Translations under genes and position numbers: made by a program
The notes under the pieces: generated by a model
Told to the model about the DNA's origin: nothing
Seen by the model: only the letters and a program-made list of their open reading frames with translations
The model's database searches: none
Shown here: positions 21,770-34,269 of the stretch, one piece after another
How positions within the stretch are numbered: the stretch's first letter is position 1
Layout of the letters: each line of letters starts with the position of its first letter
Origin: Tubiluchus corallicola
Taxonomy: Eukaryota; Animalia; Priapulida
DNA length: 34,269 bases
Reading direction: 5' to 3'
NCBI GenBank assembly: GCA_030141605.1
Contig: JAQGDQ010001571.1
Location: forward strand, 1-34,269

Positions 21770-23010
21770 TGCTGCTGTCTTGGGCCTACCACCCTTCCTT
21801 TTACAGCAGGACCAATGTAACGGCACTCCCGGGCGAAATGTCCAGGCCGTTGACATTTAAAACACAAGTCTGCTTGTGTGGGCCTCCTGGGTTTCTGGGA
21901 CCACCACCTTCCCATACCTTGTCGGCCTATTCCGGCTACCATCGGCCGTTGTCGAGGTGCCGGTCCGTCTCTGGGAGGATTTCTTCCCTCGGGATACTGT
22001 TTACCCTGGCGGTTTTCAGGAACCGTTTCTCTATTCTCAGGGGGACCTTGTTTAGGTCCATTAGTAACTAGGGGAAGAGCTTGTCGGCACTCTGGGCCTT
22101 CGCTCTCTGATTCAGAGCCTATTGGGTCGATCTCCATGGGCGTCTCCACTCGCAGGTGATGCGCCACATGTCGACTTTTTAATCTCGTAATCTCATGATT
22201 ATTCTCATCCTCCCTACACCTTGCATATGCCACCTCTAAAGTCAGGGGGTTATGCTTAATTAGTTTGGCCCTCAATTGGTCATTCCGTAATGACTCAATC
22301 AGTACATCCGTTAAAAATTGCTGGGCCAATGCTTGATCAATTTCTGATGGCCGATATGCCAATCTTGCATGATACCAGATACGGTCTACTAACTGCCGTA
22401 GGGACTCATTTTTCTTCTGCCTCAAATTTTTTAGTTCTATCATGTGCTTGGTCAATTCTGCACGGTTCACATACCGCTGTTCTAAAAATGTTACAAATTG
22501 ACTCCAATTCATGGTAGACCAAACCTCACGGTTAGCGTCCAGGTAAAGGGCGCACGCACCGTCTACAGTCATGTAAGCCAATCTTACACACACACCACCA
22601 GCATTCTGAGAATCGGGCGAAATACAAAACCCCCTCCGAGTGATGCTTTGGACCCATGAGCGAAATCTCTCGCTACAATCCACCTGTTGACCGGAAAATT
22701 TTGGCAAATCTGCCAAGGCGCTACATAAGGCCCACTGGTCCGTAAAGGTCCCTATTTGAGATGAGAGATAACTAGCCCTTTCTACTAGAGTGGGTACACT
22801 CCCACTTGTTTGAGCAGCTGATTGCTCACCTAATTTACTCTCATCTTTAGCGCTTTCCGCGCTCTGCTCATTATCCCGTATCCTTCGCAGAACTACTGCA
22901 TGTAAGGCCTGTACCTCCGGACTCTGCCCGTCCAACCAACCGATCGGGAGACTTCCGGCTCTAATCCAGCTCTCAAGTTGAGCTTCTGTTATTTCTTGAG
23001 GGTCTGACAT
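21757..23010 (-). CDS. gag: Gag (capsid-like region plus CCHC zinc knuckle), 417 aa
   Basis: ATG at 23010; LPKFSG, LRQKKNESL, PMEID motifs; CFKCQRPGHFAREC. Confidence 0.93.
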   Translation of the reverse strand: MSDPQEITEAQLESWIRAGSLPIGWLDGQSPEVQALHAVVLRRIRDNEQSAESAKDESKLGEQSAAQTSGSVPTLVERASYLSSQIGTFTDQWALCSALADLPKFSGQQVDCSERFRSWVQSITRRGFCISPDSQNAGGVCVRLAYMTVDGACALYLDANREVWSTMNWSQFVTFLEQRYVNRAELTKHMIELKNLRQKKNESLRQLVDRIWYHARLAYRPSEIDQALAQQFLTDVLIESLRNDQLRAKLIKHNPLTLEVAYARCREDENNHEITRLKSRHVAHHLRVETPMEIDPIGSESESEGPECRQALPLVTNGPKQGPPENRETVPENRQGKQYPEGRNPPRDGPAPRQRPMVAGIGRQGMGRWWSQKPRRPTQADLCFKCQRPGHFARECRYIGPAVKGRVVGPRQQQENY

Positions 23011-23092
23011 AATTTTCGCAACTAGGCGCAATCGGCAAAATTCTCTTTAATACAATAACTCGGCTGTTAACACCTTTGACAATACAAAAACC

Positions 23093-23100
23093 ACTCACCA
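23093..23100 (-). promoter_or_regulatory. Putative splice donor in 5' leader
   Basis: TG|GTGAGT between the PBS and the gag ATG. Confidence 0.6.
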
Positions 23101-23346
23101 ATTAATGTGGGGATCTCTGCTTCGTTCTGGTGCCGCCTTCCGATCCGTTACGGTAATTACTTTCCAATTTCTTGAATGTCCTCAAGGCTTGTTTAATCAC
23201 TTTCCGATGCGTCTCGTTTAGTCACGTTCCCTGAGAATAACGTACTTATCGTATATAAAAAGTTCACAATGTTTACAAAATTCCGAACCTTAATTAAAGT
23301 TACAAAAGATTGCAAATACTAAATAGCAAAACACTAAAATCCGCAA

Positions 23347-23357
23347 TCACGGCACCA
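23347..23357 (-). other. Primer binding site, tRNA-His
   Basis: TGGTGCCGTGA, 1 nt after the 5' LTR, is complementary to the tRNA-His 3' end (..UCACGGCACCA). Confidence 0.85.
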
Positions 23358-23358
23358 G

Positions 23359-24687
23359 TTATCACCTTCTAAAATTCAAATGCCTAATGTTTCTGTTAAT
23401 CTAGATCGTATAGTGTAAGGTGACTTAAATCTATGTATCGTATAGATTGAATTTAATATGTTCGCTTAACTCCTAAATGCTATAAGGTGAATCCTTCACC
23501 TGACTCCGAGAGCTTTGGATATCAGTCTAGTAAGCAATGATCGTCTTATCTAAACTTCACCTTGACCTTCGCGTTGTGAGAAAGGTCTATATCTCTCAAG
23601 TTTCCTAGCTATGTCCCCGCAATATGGACGATAGTTAATACAAAGCGAACTAATCAGATTCGTATATCGGAAATAGTGTTGCTTGAGTTAAACACTGATA
23701 ATATACATTAACTCAATTGTTAAATGTCCAAGAGAATTGTTTTATTGATTTACAATAATTACTGCTTAAGTATATCTTACAAGATTTAGTCCTTAAGCGC
23801 TTTTGACGCTCACAATTATTTTGTTAGCTTCACAAAAGTACCTCTCTGAACAATTCTTCAATTCCTAATTCCTATCACCTAAGGTGTATACTTTACACTT
23901 ATTCTCACTATAGTACAATGTGAACTTATAAGAACTACTAACGATATGCACAGTTAATTCTCAGTTTTACCAATATGTTAAGAGTACTTAACTCTGCGGA
24001 TTTGACCCAATGTACAATACAATATGGTCAATTCCGATAGTTGATACAAGATTTCTCGTCGGCTCAGTGCCCAGATTATCCTAGGAACGCAGAAAGATGT
24101 CTACGCTGAACTTCAGGAGTTGTCTTGTTGATCGAATCGCCCTCCGTGTGAATTCCCGTACACGTGGCTTGCTCCAGTACGTTTCGAGATGTACTGGCTG
24201 GAACTAGCACCCTGTTATCTGAACTCGGGGCTTATATTTCATTGAGGTAACCTTGCAGTAACCTTGCACAATTTCTGCGTCGTAGGCAACATTTAAAACG
24301 TCGCATGAGGTATCAAAATTTATGGGACAAGTTTTGAAGACGCAGTCATTATACGCCCGTAAAACGTATCCGTGTTCTTTCTTCAAAAAACAATGACCTC
24401 GCAGAGTTTCGTTAATTACTAGCAATCTGTGCATAACGCTCATTATGAACGGTACATCCGTCTTGACTTAATGTTAGCTAATTATCTTAAGCGTCTTAGA
24501 GTGTCCTGACGTAAACGCTATTTTTTGTTCTGACATCCTACGCTGTTTACAGTTCATTAAATTCGAGCTTTTCAGCTGAGTGAGTTCCTTATCGCACGAT
24601 CTGTAAATTTATTCATGCAATCAGGGAGGCAGGCATCTCTTATACCAAAATATCGAAAATCATCGATTTATAAATTTATTCACCACN
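23359..24687 (-). repeat. 5' LTR (1329 bp; outermost base is n)
   Basis: Repeat of 11756-13084; TATA-like AAATATAAG at 24231-24239(-). Confidence 0.96.
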
Positions 24688-25212
24688 ATACTAGAGAATA
24701 CTATAGAAAAATATCGCATAGCTTTCTCTCGACTAAGGCTACAAGCGCATCACTTAAGAATTGAGACCGGTAGATGGGATGGCCAAGATAGAAACCAAAG
24801 GCTATGTACATGCGGAGAGATACAATCAGAAAAGCATGTGTTAATGAACTGTAACTTGACCACTGATATTAGAAGGAAATATCCTAGTGTCTTTGTGAAC
24901 TTTTCTGCACTGTCTACTATTATGGAGAGCAACCATGCATTTGAAATTTGCTCTCAAGTGCTACAAACTTTTCAAAACTAACAATGGTTTTATTAATGTT
25001 TACTATTCGCTTAAAATATCAAACTAAAATGTATAACCACTTTTTCAATGGTATAAAGTTGATACAAATATTTTATTTTATATGCTAATATGATCCACCT
25101 GTGATAAATTCTTGAAAAGAATAATGAATGGACTGTAAATTTTATTATTTTCTGCTAGTCCAGTTTTTGTATTAATCATTGTATTTATAGTCAATAAACT
25201 ATACTACTATAA
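24688..25212 (+). mobile_element. Non-LTR retrotransposon 3' end (ORF2 C-terminal CCHC knuckle and 3' UTR)
   Basis: Frame 24688-24981 reads ..RIAFSRLRLQAHHLRIETGRW..RLCTCGEIQSEKHVLMNC..*; AATAAA and a short (TAC) tail near 25193-25212; absent from the ORF track. Confidence 0.82.
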
Positions 25213-25967
25213 CGAAAATCGCGGAAGTCTAAATTTACAAGTTTTATACAGCGTTGCGTGTATATACAAGTTTTATACACACTGTATATACACAGCTTTA
25301 TACAAGTTCTGTGCTCAGTAAGGCAGTATGTAAGTGATATAAAATTTTAAGATAAATTTTTAAAGTTTTATTCATGAAGAGTCTTTTTCTTGTGCTTTAA
25401 ACTGGCTTACATTCTTACCTAGCAAGGCCTACGCAATTTTGGCGTTAACGTAGGTCTCCATTTAGATTTTTTACAGCCTTAATTCTCAGACAAGAGTTTA
25501 CAAACTTCCTGATTCAAATGCTTCATAATAACGCATATAAAGCAAAAACTGTGAAGTTAATTCATCACAGTAAATTAACAAAATGGTGTCAAATATTATA
25601 CGCATAATACTGGTACAACACAGTAAATTAACAAAATGGTTTCAAATGTTATACGCATAATAACTGTATACAGGCAAAAATTGCACTTGCTGGGAACCAT
25701 CCACGTAAAGACTAATATAACAATCGTCATTTAAAGCAAAAAACAAAAGCATCTATCTCCTGTGTTGCTCTTTTTCTGTTAACAACACGACAAAAACGTG
25801 CACGTGTTGGTACACGTGTATCACTCCTGAACCATTGTGACATGTCAGTTGATCTCATGACACTAAACTCAAACTGCCCTGCAGTCTGCAGGCAGCAGAT
25901 AAGGTGCTCGATGATGAAATCATACACATGGCACGTCGAGTGATTGACTGGCAAGGCCCGCTATGGT

Positions 25968-28900
25968 TCATACTCGTATGTGAAACGTGCTGAAAGAAAA
26001 AAAATTATGCACCGAGCGGAATTTATTTTCTCTTTAAACTTAAGCCTAAATAACTCTATCATAGATTATCTAGTATTATTTTCCTAGCTAGGATCTTACA
26101 AGTGCAACGAATTTATGTGTAATGTTCTTACGTCACAAACTCTGGCGATCGTGTTATCATGTGCTCAAATTCTATGAAAGACAGCCGTCCATCGCAATCC
26201 AAATCAGTTTCATCTAATATCTGTGAATAATGATAAAATTAAACCTACAGTTTGGCTTCGATTAGTTCAATAGTCATTTAAGTAGACGACACGCTGAAAA
26301 TACTTTGCTTAGAGTGTTCTTGTCAATGTGCAGCTAGTGACATGCATTGACAGAAAAGGGACAAAGTAACTAACAATCTATTTGCCGTCAAAAATAATAA
26401 AATTATTTTTTTAGTTGAATACGTCTACAAAGGAAAACTAAAAACCAACGTTCTCGTACGTCGCTGTTTAAACAAATCATTTTTCTGTATAAATTAATCA
26501 GCGACTACGTCCATAAATGATGTGCAGAAAGACTATACATTTTGTGCGGTTACCGATGATTTGCAAGCAATGCTCCAGACTTTCCGATAATCACCCTTCT
26601 GGCTTTTTGATACACTATTAATGTCAGCCTGGCATCGTACATCGTAACAGTTAATTGTAACAATCAGCGTGTGTCACAATATCATAATTCATCACCTAAT
26701 TACAAACACAGTAAGAAGATCAGCGTGTGTCACAATATCATAATTCATCACTTAATTACAAACACAGTAAGAAGATCAGCGTGTGTCACAATATCATAAT
26801 TCATCACCTAATTACAAACACAGTAAGAAGATCAGCGTGTGTCACAATATCATAATTCACCACTTAATTACAAACACAGTAAGAAGAATAGGTTAATTAT
26901 GAGTCGTTGTCTCATACCTTGTCAATGACCATATCTATTTCATCTTGTTCAAGATTGTCTTGGTTTGTTAGGCATCGAACCACCTTCTCCATGTCCTCTC
27001 TGCCTAGGTAGTTATCTTGGTCATAATCTTGAAAACAAACAGGTTAAAAAATTGCATGTTTGATCACCTAAAATCGCATAAAAATTGACAAGTGATATTA
27101 CATAGTTATAGAATTTACATACGATACGGTTTTGTTACCAAATATATTGTAGCTATATTGCATAAAAGAATGAATGAATGAACCGATGGACGGACGAGTG
27201 AAGTGATATCAAAAGAAACGGACGAAATGAAAAATGTTTGTCTAAATTATCCTACAGATTTTGATCTAATGATATGTAACTGTAGACAGCAATTTAAAGC
27301 TAAAAGCGCAGAATTTTTAAAAGCTGAGTTAACAGAAAACAGGCATGCATAATAACTGGTGGCAGGCCTCTCCATACTGTAAAAACTTGAACAATATATT
27401 TTAAGTTAATAAACGCAACAAGAAAATCATTTCAATGTTTTTAAATGAAGCTGTTGTACATAATGCTCATTGGGATTGGTTACATTTGTAGACATTTATA
27501 GACGCAGTTTTTATTGACATTTAATACTTGGTATGAATTATATATAGGTTTGATTTAGTGCTTACCATTAATTAATATGCATTCATTAACACTAAAAATT
27601 GTTTACCGTATATTCTGAAAGCATAATGGGCTTTTAGTTCCCGTGGCGCTTGGTCACTGAATACATTCAGCATGTCCAAAAAATCGTCGAAAGTCAAATT
27701 TCCTAATCGATCGGTGGAAAATACCTCACATATTCGTTGAGTAAATGGATTCTCCTAAACAAAACAAGAAATTCTTTCTGCACTGACATTAATGTTTATG
27801 ATACATTCATGTTTGAACAGGAAAAATTATTTCGAACTTTCCCAATGTTCTGACCGGACCAGGTAAAACAACAGCTGCAACAACAGACCAGACAAGACCA
27901 ACCAGACGGGACCAGGCCAGAGCAGTTTTTATAATTGTCAAAACTTTGAGTGATGCAGCATAATGCGGCATTAAGTGAACCTAAACAGTCATTTTAAACA
28001 TTAATTTATTGTATTACCTTTAATTCTGGGATCTTTTTAAGATCGGCAGGAGACAGTTTGGCTTGAACCTCATTTTCAGTGTCGTCCTTCATCCTCATGT
28101 CTTTCGGAACTATATCTGGCCTGAGATCACGAAATTTCTTGAAAGCACTGAAATACAAAAAATTAAGCTGTACAGTAAAATCACGTGTAAGTCATTCAGT
28201 CTTATTACGTTTAAGTACAAAAAAGGAAGCAACAGTTTGAAAAACAAAAAGTAAATAAAATAATTTAACGTAAAACACAGGAATATTTCAGAAGGTCACT
28301 AAAAGTTAAAAAATAATAATAAAAAAACATTAACGATGTCTCTGTTTTACCTATAAACATTATCTGTAGCTGAAGGTATTTGACTTCGAGGGCACTACAC
28401 GGCACCGGCTCCGCTTGTTATTGCAAAACAGGCATGATTATCAACGCGATGTTTCGTGCTTATCATCGGCGTAGTGGTTTCAGTTTTTGTATTTTGGACT
28501 GCAGTTTTGACATGTACATACCTGCTGTGTTATGGGTGCAAAACGATTGCAATTTGGAAATTCATGTTTATACAGCGAGTGGTTTCGAGTGCAGGTACTG
28601 GATATCTGATGGGCAGTTTCCTGCACTACCAGCAATGACATGAGGAGCAGTTGTCGGGAAGGACAATCTTCGAACCACAAGTGCCTCCACAATGGGATAG
28701 ACCACGCAAGTGGACGTGTAGTTACTATTTAAGCTTTATGCACGAAGTTTTTGAACATCAATTTTCTACGTTCACTTGGGCGTTGTTCATAACACAAATT
28801 TTCAGTCCCTGCCATTGCTGTGACAAAATTTATGATAAAATTTCACTGTTTCTCAGCCTGCCTGTATGCTTTATGCTAGTTCGGGGACGAAGCATTAACT

Positions 28901-30078
28901 GTACAGGGCTGGGTAGTGTATAACGCCGGCGATGTGCCATTAGTGTTCTTCCCCATCCCTATATTACAATACTTTTATCCATTAAGAAGCCATTGGACGC
29001 TGGGATGTAATAGTTCTGTGATTCAGCAGGTGCTTTGTGCCATCTCAGTAGCTGTTCCGCTGGTACGGAGGACACACGAATAATCAGTAAGGCGAGTAGT
29101 GTTAATTTTTTGGCTTTTTATTGGATCAGAAAATCTGGATACATTCTTATTAATGTTGGCCTATTATTTTGTTTCTTTCGTTCTTTAGCTCGACCAATTT
29201 TGTATTGTAACGCATTTTTTTTGCTTGGTCTCTAATATCTTTTCCCTAAACAACGCTATTTTCTTTTCTTCCTGGGTAGTGTATAACGACGGCGATGTGC
29301 CATTAGTCTTGTTCCCCATCCCGATATTGCAATGCTTTTATTCATTACGAAGCTTTTATTCGTTACGACGCACGAAAAGATATCTGGCAAGAACGTTTTA
29401 CTTTAATTTTCTGTTTTTGTCTATTTCTGCAATGCAGCCCCATCTACGTTCATTACAATATTAATTTTTACTGCTTCGTAAGTTTGCAACAGCGATCCGC
29501 GAATAATGTGCGTATATTTCTGGGTTTGTTACCGGATGCATGGGGTTATTCCTGTCATAACTTCCATAATACTTAACTGAATAATAAATGTACTGCACTT
29601 TCTTATAATACATTTGTTATAAAACATGCGACTTGTCTATGCCGCTTTCCAGCAATTTTTTATATTGTAAGATGCAGCCTGTTTATTTGAATTCTGACGG
29701 AAGTACTATGATCATATTACTATCCGTTATTGCATAACACCCAATTTTATTATCTTAGAGTATCTTTTTCTCTCTTCAGGTGGTTAGACAGTGTCACACC
29801 AAAAAGGAAGAAAAGAAAATAGCGTTTTTAAGGAAAAGATATTAGAGACTAAGCAGAAAAAATGCGTTACAATACAAAACTGATAAAAGCTAAAAAACGA
29901 AAGAAACAAAATAGTAGGCCAACATTAATAAGAATGTATCCAAATTTTCTAATCCAATAAAAACCCAAAAGGTACACTACTCGCCTTACTGATTATATGT
30001 ATGGATAGATAATCGAGTGATTTTGGACGAGTAACATACATACCTTAAAATTTCTTTCTTTGTAAAGAGAGTACAGTC
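25968..30078 (-). CDS. CIB2/3: Calcium- and integrin-binding family protein (CIB2/CIB3-like EF-hand), 5'-partial
   Basis: GT-AG exons 30044-30078, 28018-28147, 27607-27754, 26918-27027, 26132-26220 and 25968-25989 splice in phase to [85 protein letters not shown]. Confidence 0.94.
26663..26886. repeat. 56-bp minisatellite, 4 copies (CIB intron)
   Basis: atcagcgtgtgtcacaatatcataattc..cagtaagaag at 26663, 26719, 26775 and 26831. Confidence 0.96.
29081..29995. mobile_element. MITE/foldback element with ~190-bp diverged TIRs (CIB intron)
   Basis: taatcagtaaggcgagtagtgt..ttcttcct (29081-29273) mirrors aggaagaaaa..cactactcgccttactgatta (29805-29995); TA at both ends. Confidence 0.8.
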
Positions 30079-30627
30079 CTGTAAAAACAATTAAAATGTA
30101 CATTTTATACATAATTCGCGTTCTTGTTTATTTCAGAGTGACTAGTTGTGACGCACATAGAACATAATACACTAGGTATCTATGATCTCTCTTTCCCATG
30201 TTTTCAACTCCACTGGTTTATGATGGTTTTATAAAATTGATTTACGGTTTCTGTTAGTGAATTGGCATACTCACTTCTATTATAATATTATATATAAAAC
30301 TGTGACTTTCAGGTTGTTCGCAACTCGCCTTAGCATTGGTAGGATTTTATGTATGTATGTTTAAATTTGCCGGGTATAAATGTTTTTGAATCGTCTCTTT
30401 TATCCGTCCGGACATAAAACGCTTCCATGACATTCAGTGTGTATTAAATCTTTGCACTGGACTGGGAATGATATGTGCAAACTTTAAGTGAACGTCATAG
30501 ATTCTTTACTTCTTCCATTAGAAAGGAATGGAGAGAACAACTTGTTTGATGTATTTGATGTCTTGTTTTATTAACTGTATATATTATATGTGTGCATGAA
30601 TCTAGAATTTGCAATAAAGAATTATAT

Positions 30628-30873
<246 letters not shown>

Positions 30874-31163
30874 TGTCCCTCTCCTTCTGTCTTTATCGTC
30901 ACATACACACGCTCTCTTTCTCTCTCTTCCCCTCTGTCGCTCTATGTCTCTCTCCCTCCCCTTCTCTCCGTCTTCCCTCCTACTCTGCCACTCTTTATTT
31001 GAGCTTGCATTTGAAATCCAGTCCATAATTTCCTTGGGTTTTTCTTGCTTGATTATTGCCTATGCATTTTTGTGTAGTACCAACCATTGAGAATTAATCG
31101 GCTATTATCTCACCAGTAATTGGTGATCGCAATGGACGTGGCTTAATATTGATTCCAATCCTC

Positions 31164-31177
31164 GTTGCCATAGTTAC
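31164..31177 (-). promoter_or_regulatory. Candidate RFX X-box
   Basis: GTAACTATGGCAAC fits RTHNYYWTRRNRAC. Confidence 0.35.
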
Positions 31178-31821
31178 AACGGTATAGGGGGTTTTGTAAT
31201 TAGCCTTCTGACCACTGAGGCGATAAACCGTTTTTGTATTTCAAAAAGTTGCTAAGTGCTATTAAGCCCATAATGCAAAATCGATAAAAAATGTTTACGG
31301 TTTTACAAGCAGTAACTAACGCTTTTCAGACACGTTCTGAATTAATCAAAGCTAGTGCTGATCAAAATTATCAGTAATTTACTATCCATAGCATTTCAGC
31401 AGTTGGCAATATAGTAAAAAAATAATTATAGTTCTATCATATATGCTTACAGTCATAATACAATGCAATAATGAATAGGCTTAAACTAATTGTAGCGAAA
31501 ATCGAACTATATCTTTTATAAAAAAAGTTACAGGTCCAGAAGAGCAACTAATTAGTAGTTATGCAAATAATATTGGCTTTTAATCAATGCGAAAAAATGT
31601 TCTCCTTTTTATCAAAATGTTGCACGTCACTGATAAAGAATTAAGTGCATACTACACAAATTTAGGAAAATATTACGATGAATCACAGTTATCGCGAAAA
31701 CAATGGCTCAAAGTCCGTTACTCACGCTTAGTATTACTTAGCGAGAAGTCTTTGATAATTAACAGTACTAAAGACTTTAGAGGGGTCGGGGACTACATCG
31801 ATTCCCAGTTTATGTTCTTCG

Positions 31822-31864
31822 CAAGGACTACTATACAACGTATATAGTTGTATAGTAGTCCTTG
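31822..31864. mobile_element. 43-bp miniature TIR insertion with 8-bp TSD
   Basis: gttcttcg|CAAGGACTACTATACAAC-gtatata-GTTGTATAGTAGTCCTTG|gttcttcg. Confidence 0.85.
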
Positions 31865-33073
31865 GTTCTTCGTTAAATTTATCTATTTTTTTCAATTACA
31901 TATATTAATGCTAGATAGTGAGAGTTACTATTTCTAAAGCCATTGTTGTTACAGCTAATCTAAGTCCTTAGTAAAAACAACCTTTTGTACAGTTTTTCAG
32001 AAAGTGCTATTGTAAACAGAGTAATTAGTAATAGATCTATTATTCAATTAGGATATATAATTAGTTGCATCGTCTGGCTCTTTAGATTTAAAGAAGAAAA
32101 ATCGTAATGGATTGTTTCACTTTGAACACGTCAATGCCAGTTTTAAGCGAATTCTTGTTCACTGAGGCGACTGTTGATTCTAATATATAGATGATGATTC
32201 TCAACTGAAGTTTTTCGATACCCTGGCTCTTTTGATTGAACGAAACGCTTCTTAAATAGTTCTCAGCATTTTTCGCGGACAAATTATGACAGCGTTAAAA
32301 AAATGCTTGGCAATAATGTTGTTAATATAATTAAGTTATTAATTTTAGGCACATTTTATTATGTTTTCAGGTACTTTTTGGAGTTATGCAAAAGTTCCGG
32401 TCTCTCTGTCTCGCTCTTTCTCCCTCTTTCTCCCCTCTCCCTTTCTCTTAACCTCTCTCCCCGTCTCTATCTTGTTTCTCTTCCCCTCCCCCTTTCGCTC
32501 TCTCTTTCTGTATTTTAGATTGTCAGGGCCGTATTTAGACGAAGAGAGGCCCTAGGCTGCTCCACTTGTGAAGCCTATTCCAAAACACCGCCATCAATGA
32601 AGACTATGGAAGAATGGAAGAATTTTAAATTAATTTTGGTGAGGCGGACGACGATGAATTCCGTAATTCACAATTCTTCCTTAAACATCAGATGATATTG
32701 CTAAATACCGCAGTTAATAAAAATGCACAAATGTTGATGTTAAAATAAACAGTGGCAAACTGCTATTTTTAACTCAAATAGACTTGTCAAATCTTACTTT
32801 TTTGTGAAATGGAACAAATTATTACATAATTAGCCACTAGAATTTGTTTAGCTCTTAATTTACCAACCTTGTTGTTGTGTTTCGTTTCGTATTTTACGGT
32901 AAGCAACGCATATTTTTATAAGTGATATGAGGCAAAAGATTTCGGGCATTGCGTGCTTTTTTGTCTGAGTTTCAGTTGACTATTTTCGTTGGCAAAACTT
33001 TAATAAAGCTGTATTTTTCTGTTAAGTTAAAGCAATCTACTCTTTAGCTTAATTATACCCTAGAACTCGTCAC

Positions 33074-33075
<2 letters not shown>

Positions 33076-33154
<79 letters not shown>
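33076..33154. repeat. (TA)n microsatellite
   Basis: Directly visible. Confidence 0.98.
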
Positions 33155-33155
<1 letters not shown>

Positions 33156-34269
33156 TCTTGTAATTTTTATTTATTTTATTTTATTTCATTTTAGTACTGT
33201 ATTTGTATTTTATATGGTTTTAGTTACCGAAATAAAAATTAGATTTGAAACTTTTTTTGAAAACCGAGCTTTGCAAACATTTCGTAAATAAAAACAGAAA
33301 TGTTTAGAAAATTTAATTAGACCACTAGTTTACTGTTATAATCTAGTTGTTACAGTTATTGAGCTTACAAATTTTATTGCATAGCAAGTACAGTGTATTA
33401 ATAAAACGGCCGTTACTACCTGATAGCGACAGATTGATATAATATAATGGTTTTTCATATCCTACCCCATTTTGAGGTACGGTAAAAGTATACGTTTAAA
33501 CACCTATAATAATGCCAAAGCGTTTCTGATGATTAAATAAAAGGCTAACAGCTTAATTAACGTCAAGAGAGCCAAACTAGTGATGACATCACAACTGAAA
33601 ATAATTTTCAGCAAACATTCCATGTTGCACTTGTTTGCGAAAGCGAAAATTGAAGTACAGTGCTACTCTAAAACATTCAGTGTGATATACAAAAATTCGG
33701 CAAATTTTAAGTTTAAAATTCAAATTTCAAGTTTACCCGTTATGAACATGAGCTCTTGAATCTGTGCACAATGTCTTAAATGAACACTTCTGGATTAAGA
33801 GGTACCGCACCTGCTTTAGTGCAAAGCGTTTCCAAGATGCCGGCGCTAGTGCCCATCTAACTAGCGAATTGCGAAATGCATGTAACAGCCAATAACCAGC
33901 CGGGCGAATGCAAATTTGGTTTGTATATCTAGTAATAATTCTTTCACGTAAGTCATTCTTGAAAAATTTTACAGGGTAGATTGTTTTGAACTATAATCTA
34001 AAATTGGGTGCGGTTGTCCTTTAAAGAAAATCTCTCATATGGCAAGCAATCTTCATGTGTTACATGCAGCTGATTATTGAAGTCCGTTACTAATGATATA
34101 TGGGATGGAAACAATCATCAAGTTGAACTGTTCAGCTTTATGTCACTTTAGCAAAGTTAATGTTCAACACTAAATGAACTCACATCCAAATGCGCAAACA
34201 TGACCCTGTGTTTATAACTTGAGTATGCCTGGTACAGTACGGTTTGATCATGTGTGACTGGTGTGCGGG

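Larger units (their letters stand above)
11756..24687 (-). mobile_element. Full-length env-bearing Ty3/gypsy LTR element (errantivirus-like endogenous retrovirus), 12.9 kb
   Basis: Two 1329-bp LTRs, PBS, gag, pol (PR-RT-RH-INT), env and PPT in canonical order. Confidence 0.96.

Noticed and set aside
16881-22517. Plus-strand ORFs antisense to gag/pol (e.g. 21282-21860)
   Set aside because: Shadow frames of long coding sequence with no independent motifs.
26663-26886. CRISPR-like array
   Set aside because: Head-to-tail 56-bp minisatellite without spacers, inside an intron.
32524-32580. hAT-like terminus CAGGGCCGTATTTAG
   Set aside because: No matching opposite TIR found in the window.

Overview
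AT-rich, intron-containing animal DNA; the 5S sequence and TE types suggest an invertebrate, probably a lophotrochozoan (inference). (1) 1-8821 is a large inverted duplication with arms 1-2688 and 6151-8821. It encloses a minus-strand caspase gene (4 exons found) with an atypical QTCRG active site, a ~40-aa insertion after the catalytic His and no 3' exons in the window. MITE, Helitron, RTE and Gmr1-type gypsy debris are also present. (2) 8822-11755 holds a hAT fragment, a 97-bp satellite, a MITE and a 5S rRNA-derived copy. (3) 11756-24687 is a 12.9-kb, nearly intact, envelope-bearing Ty3/gypsy provirus (errantivirus-like) on the minus strand. It has 1329-bp TG..AA LTRs, a tRNA-His PBS, a PPT, gag, a -1 frameshift signal into pol, splice sites for a subgenomic env mRNA, and a baculovirus-F-type env split by one TAG. 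(4) 24688-34269 has a LINE 3' end, a CIB2/3-family gene (6 exons found, first exon not located), MITEs and microsatellites. The env-bearing provirus and the palindrome-enclosed caspase are the most interesting parts; the palindrome may be an assembly artefact.
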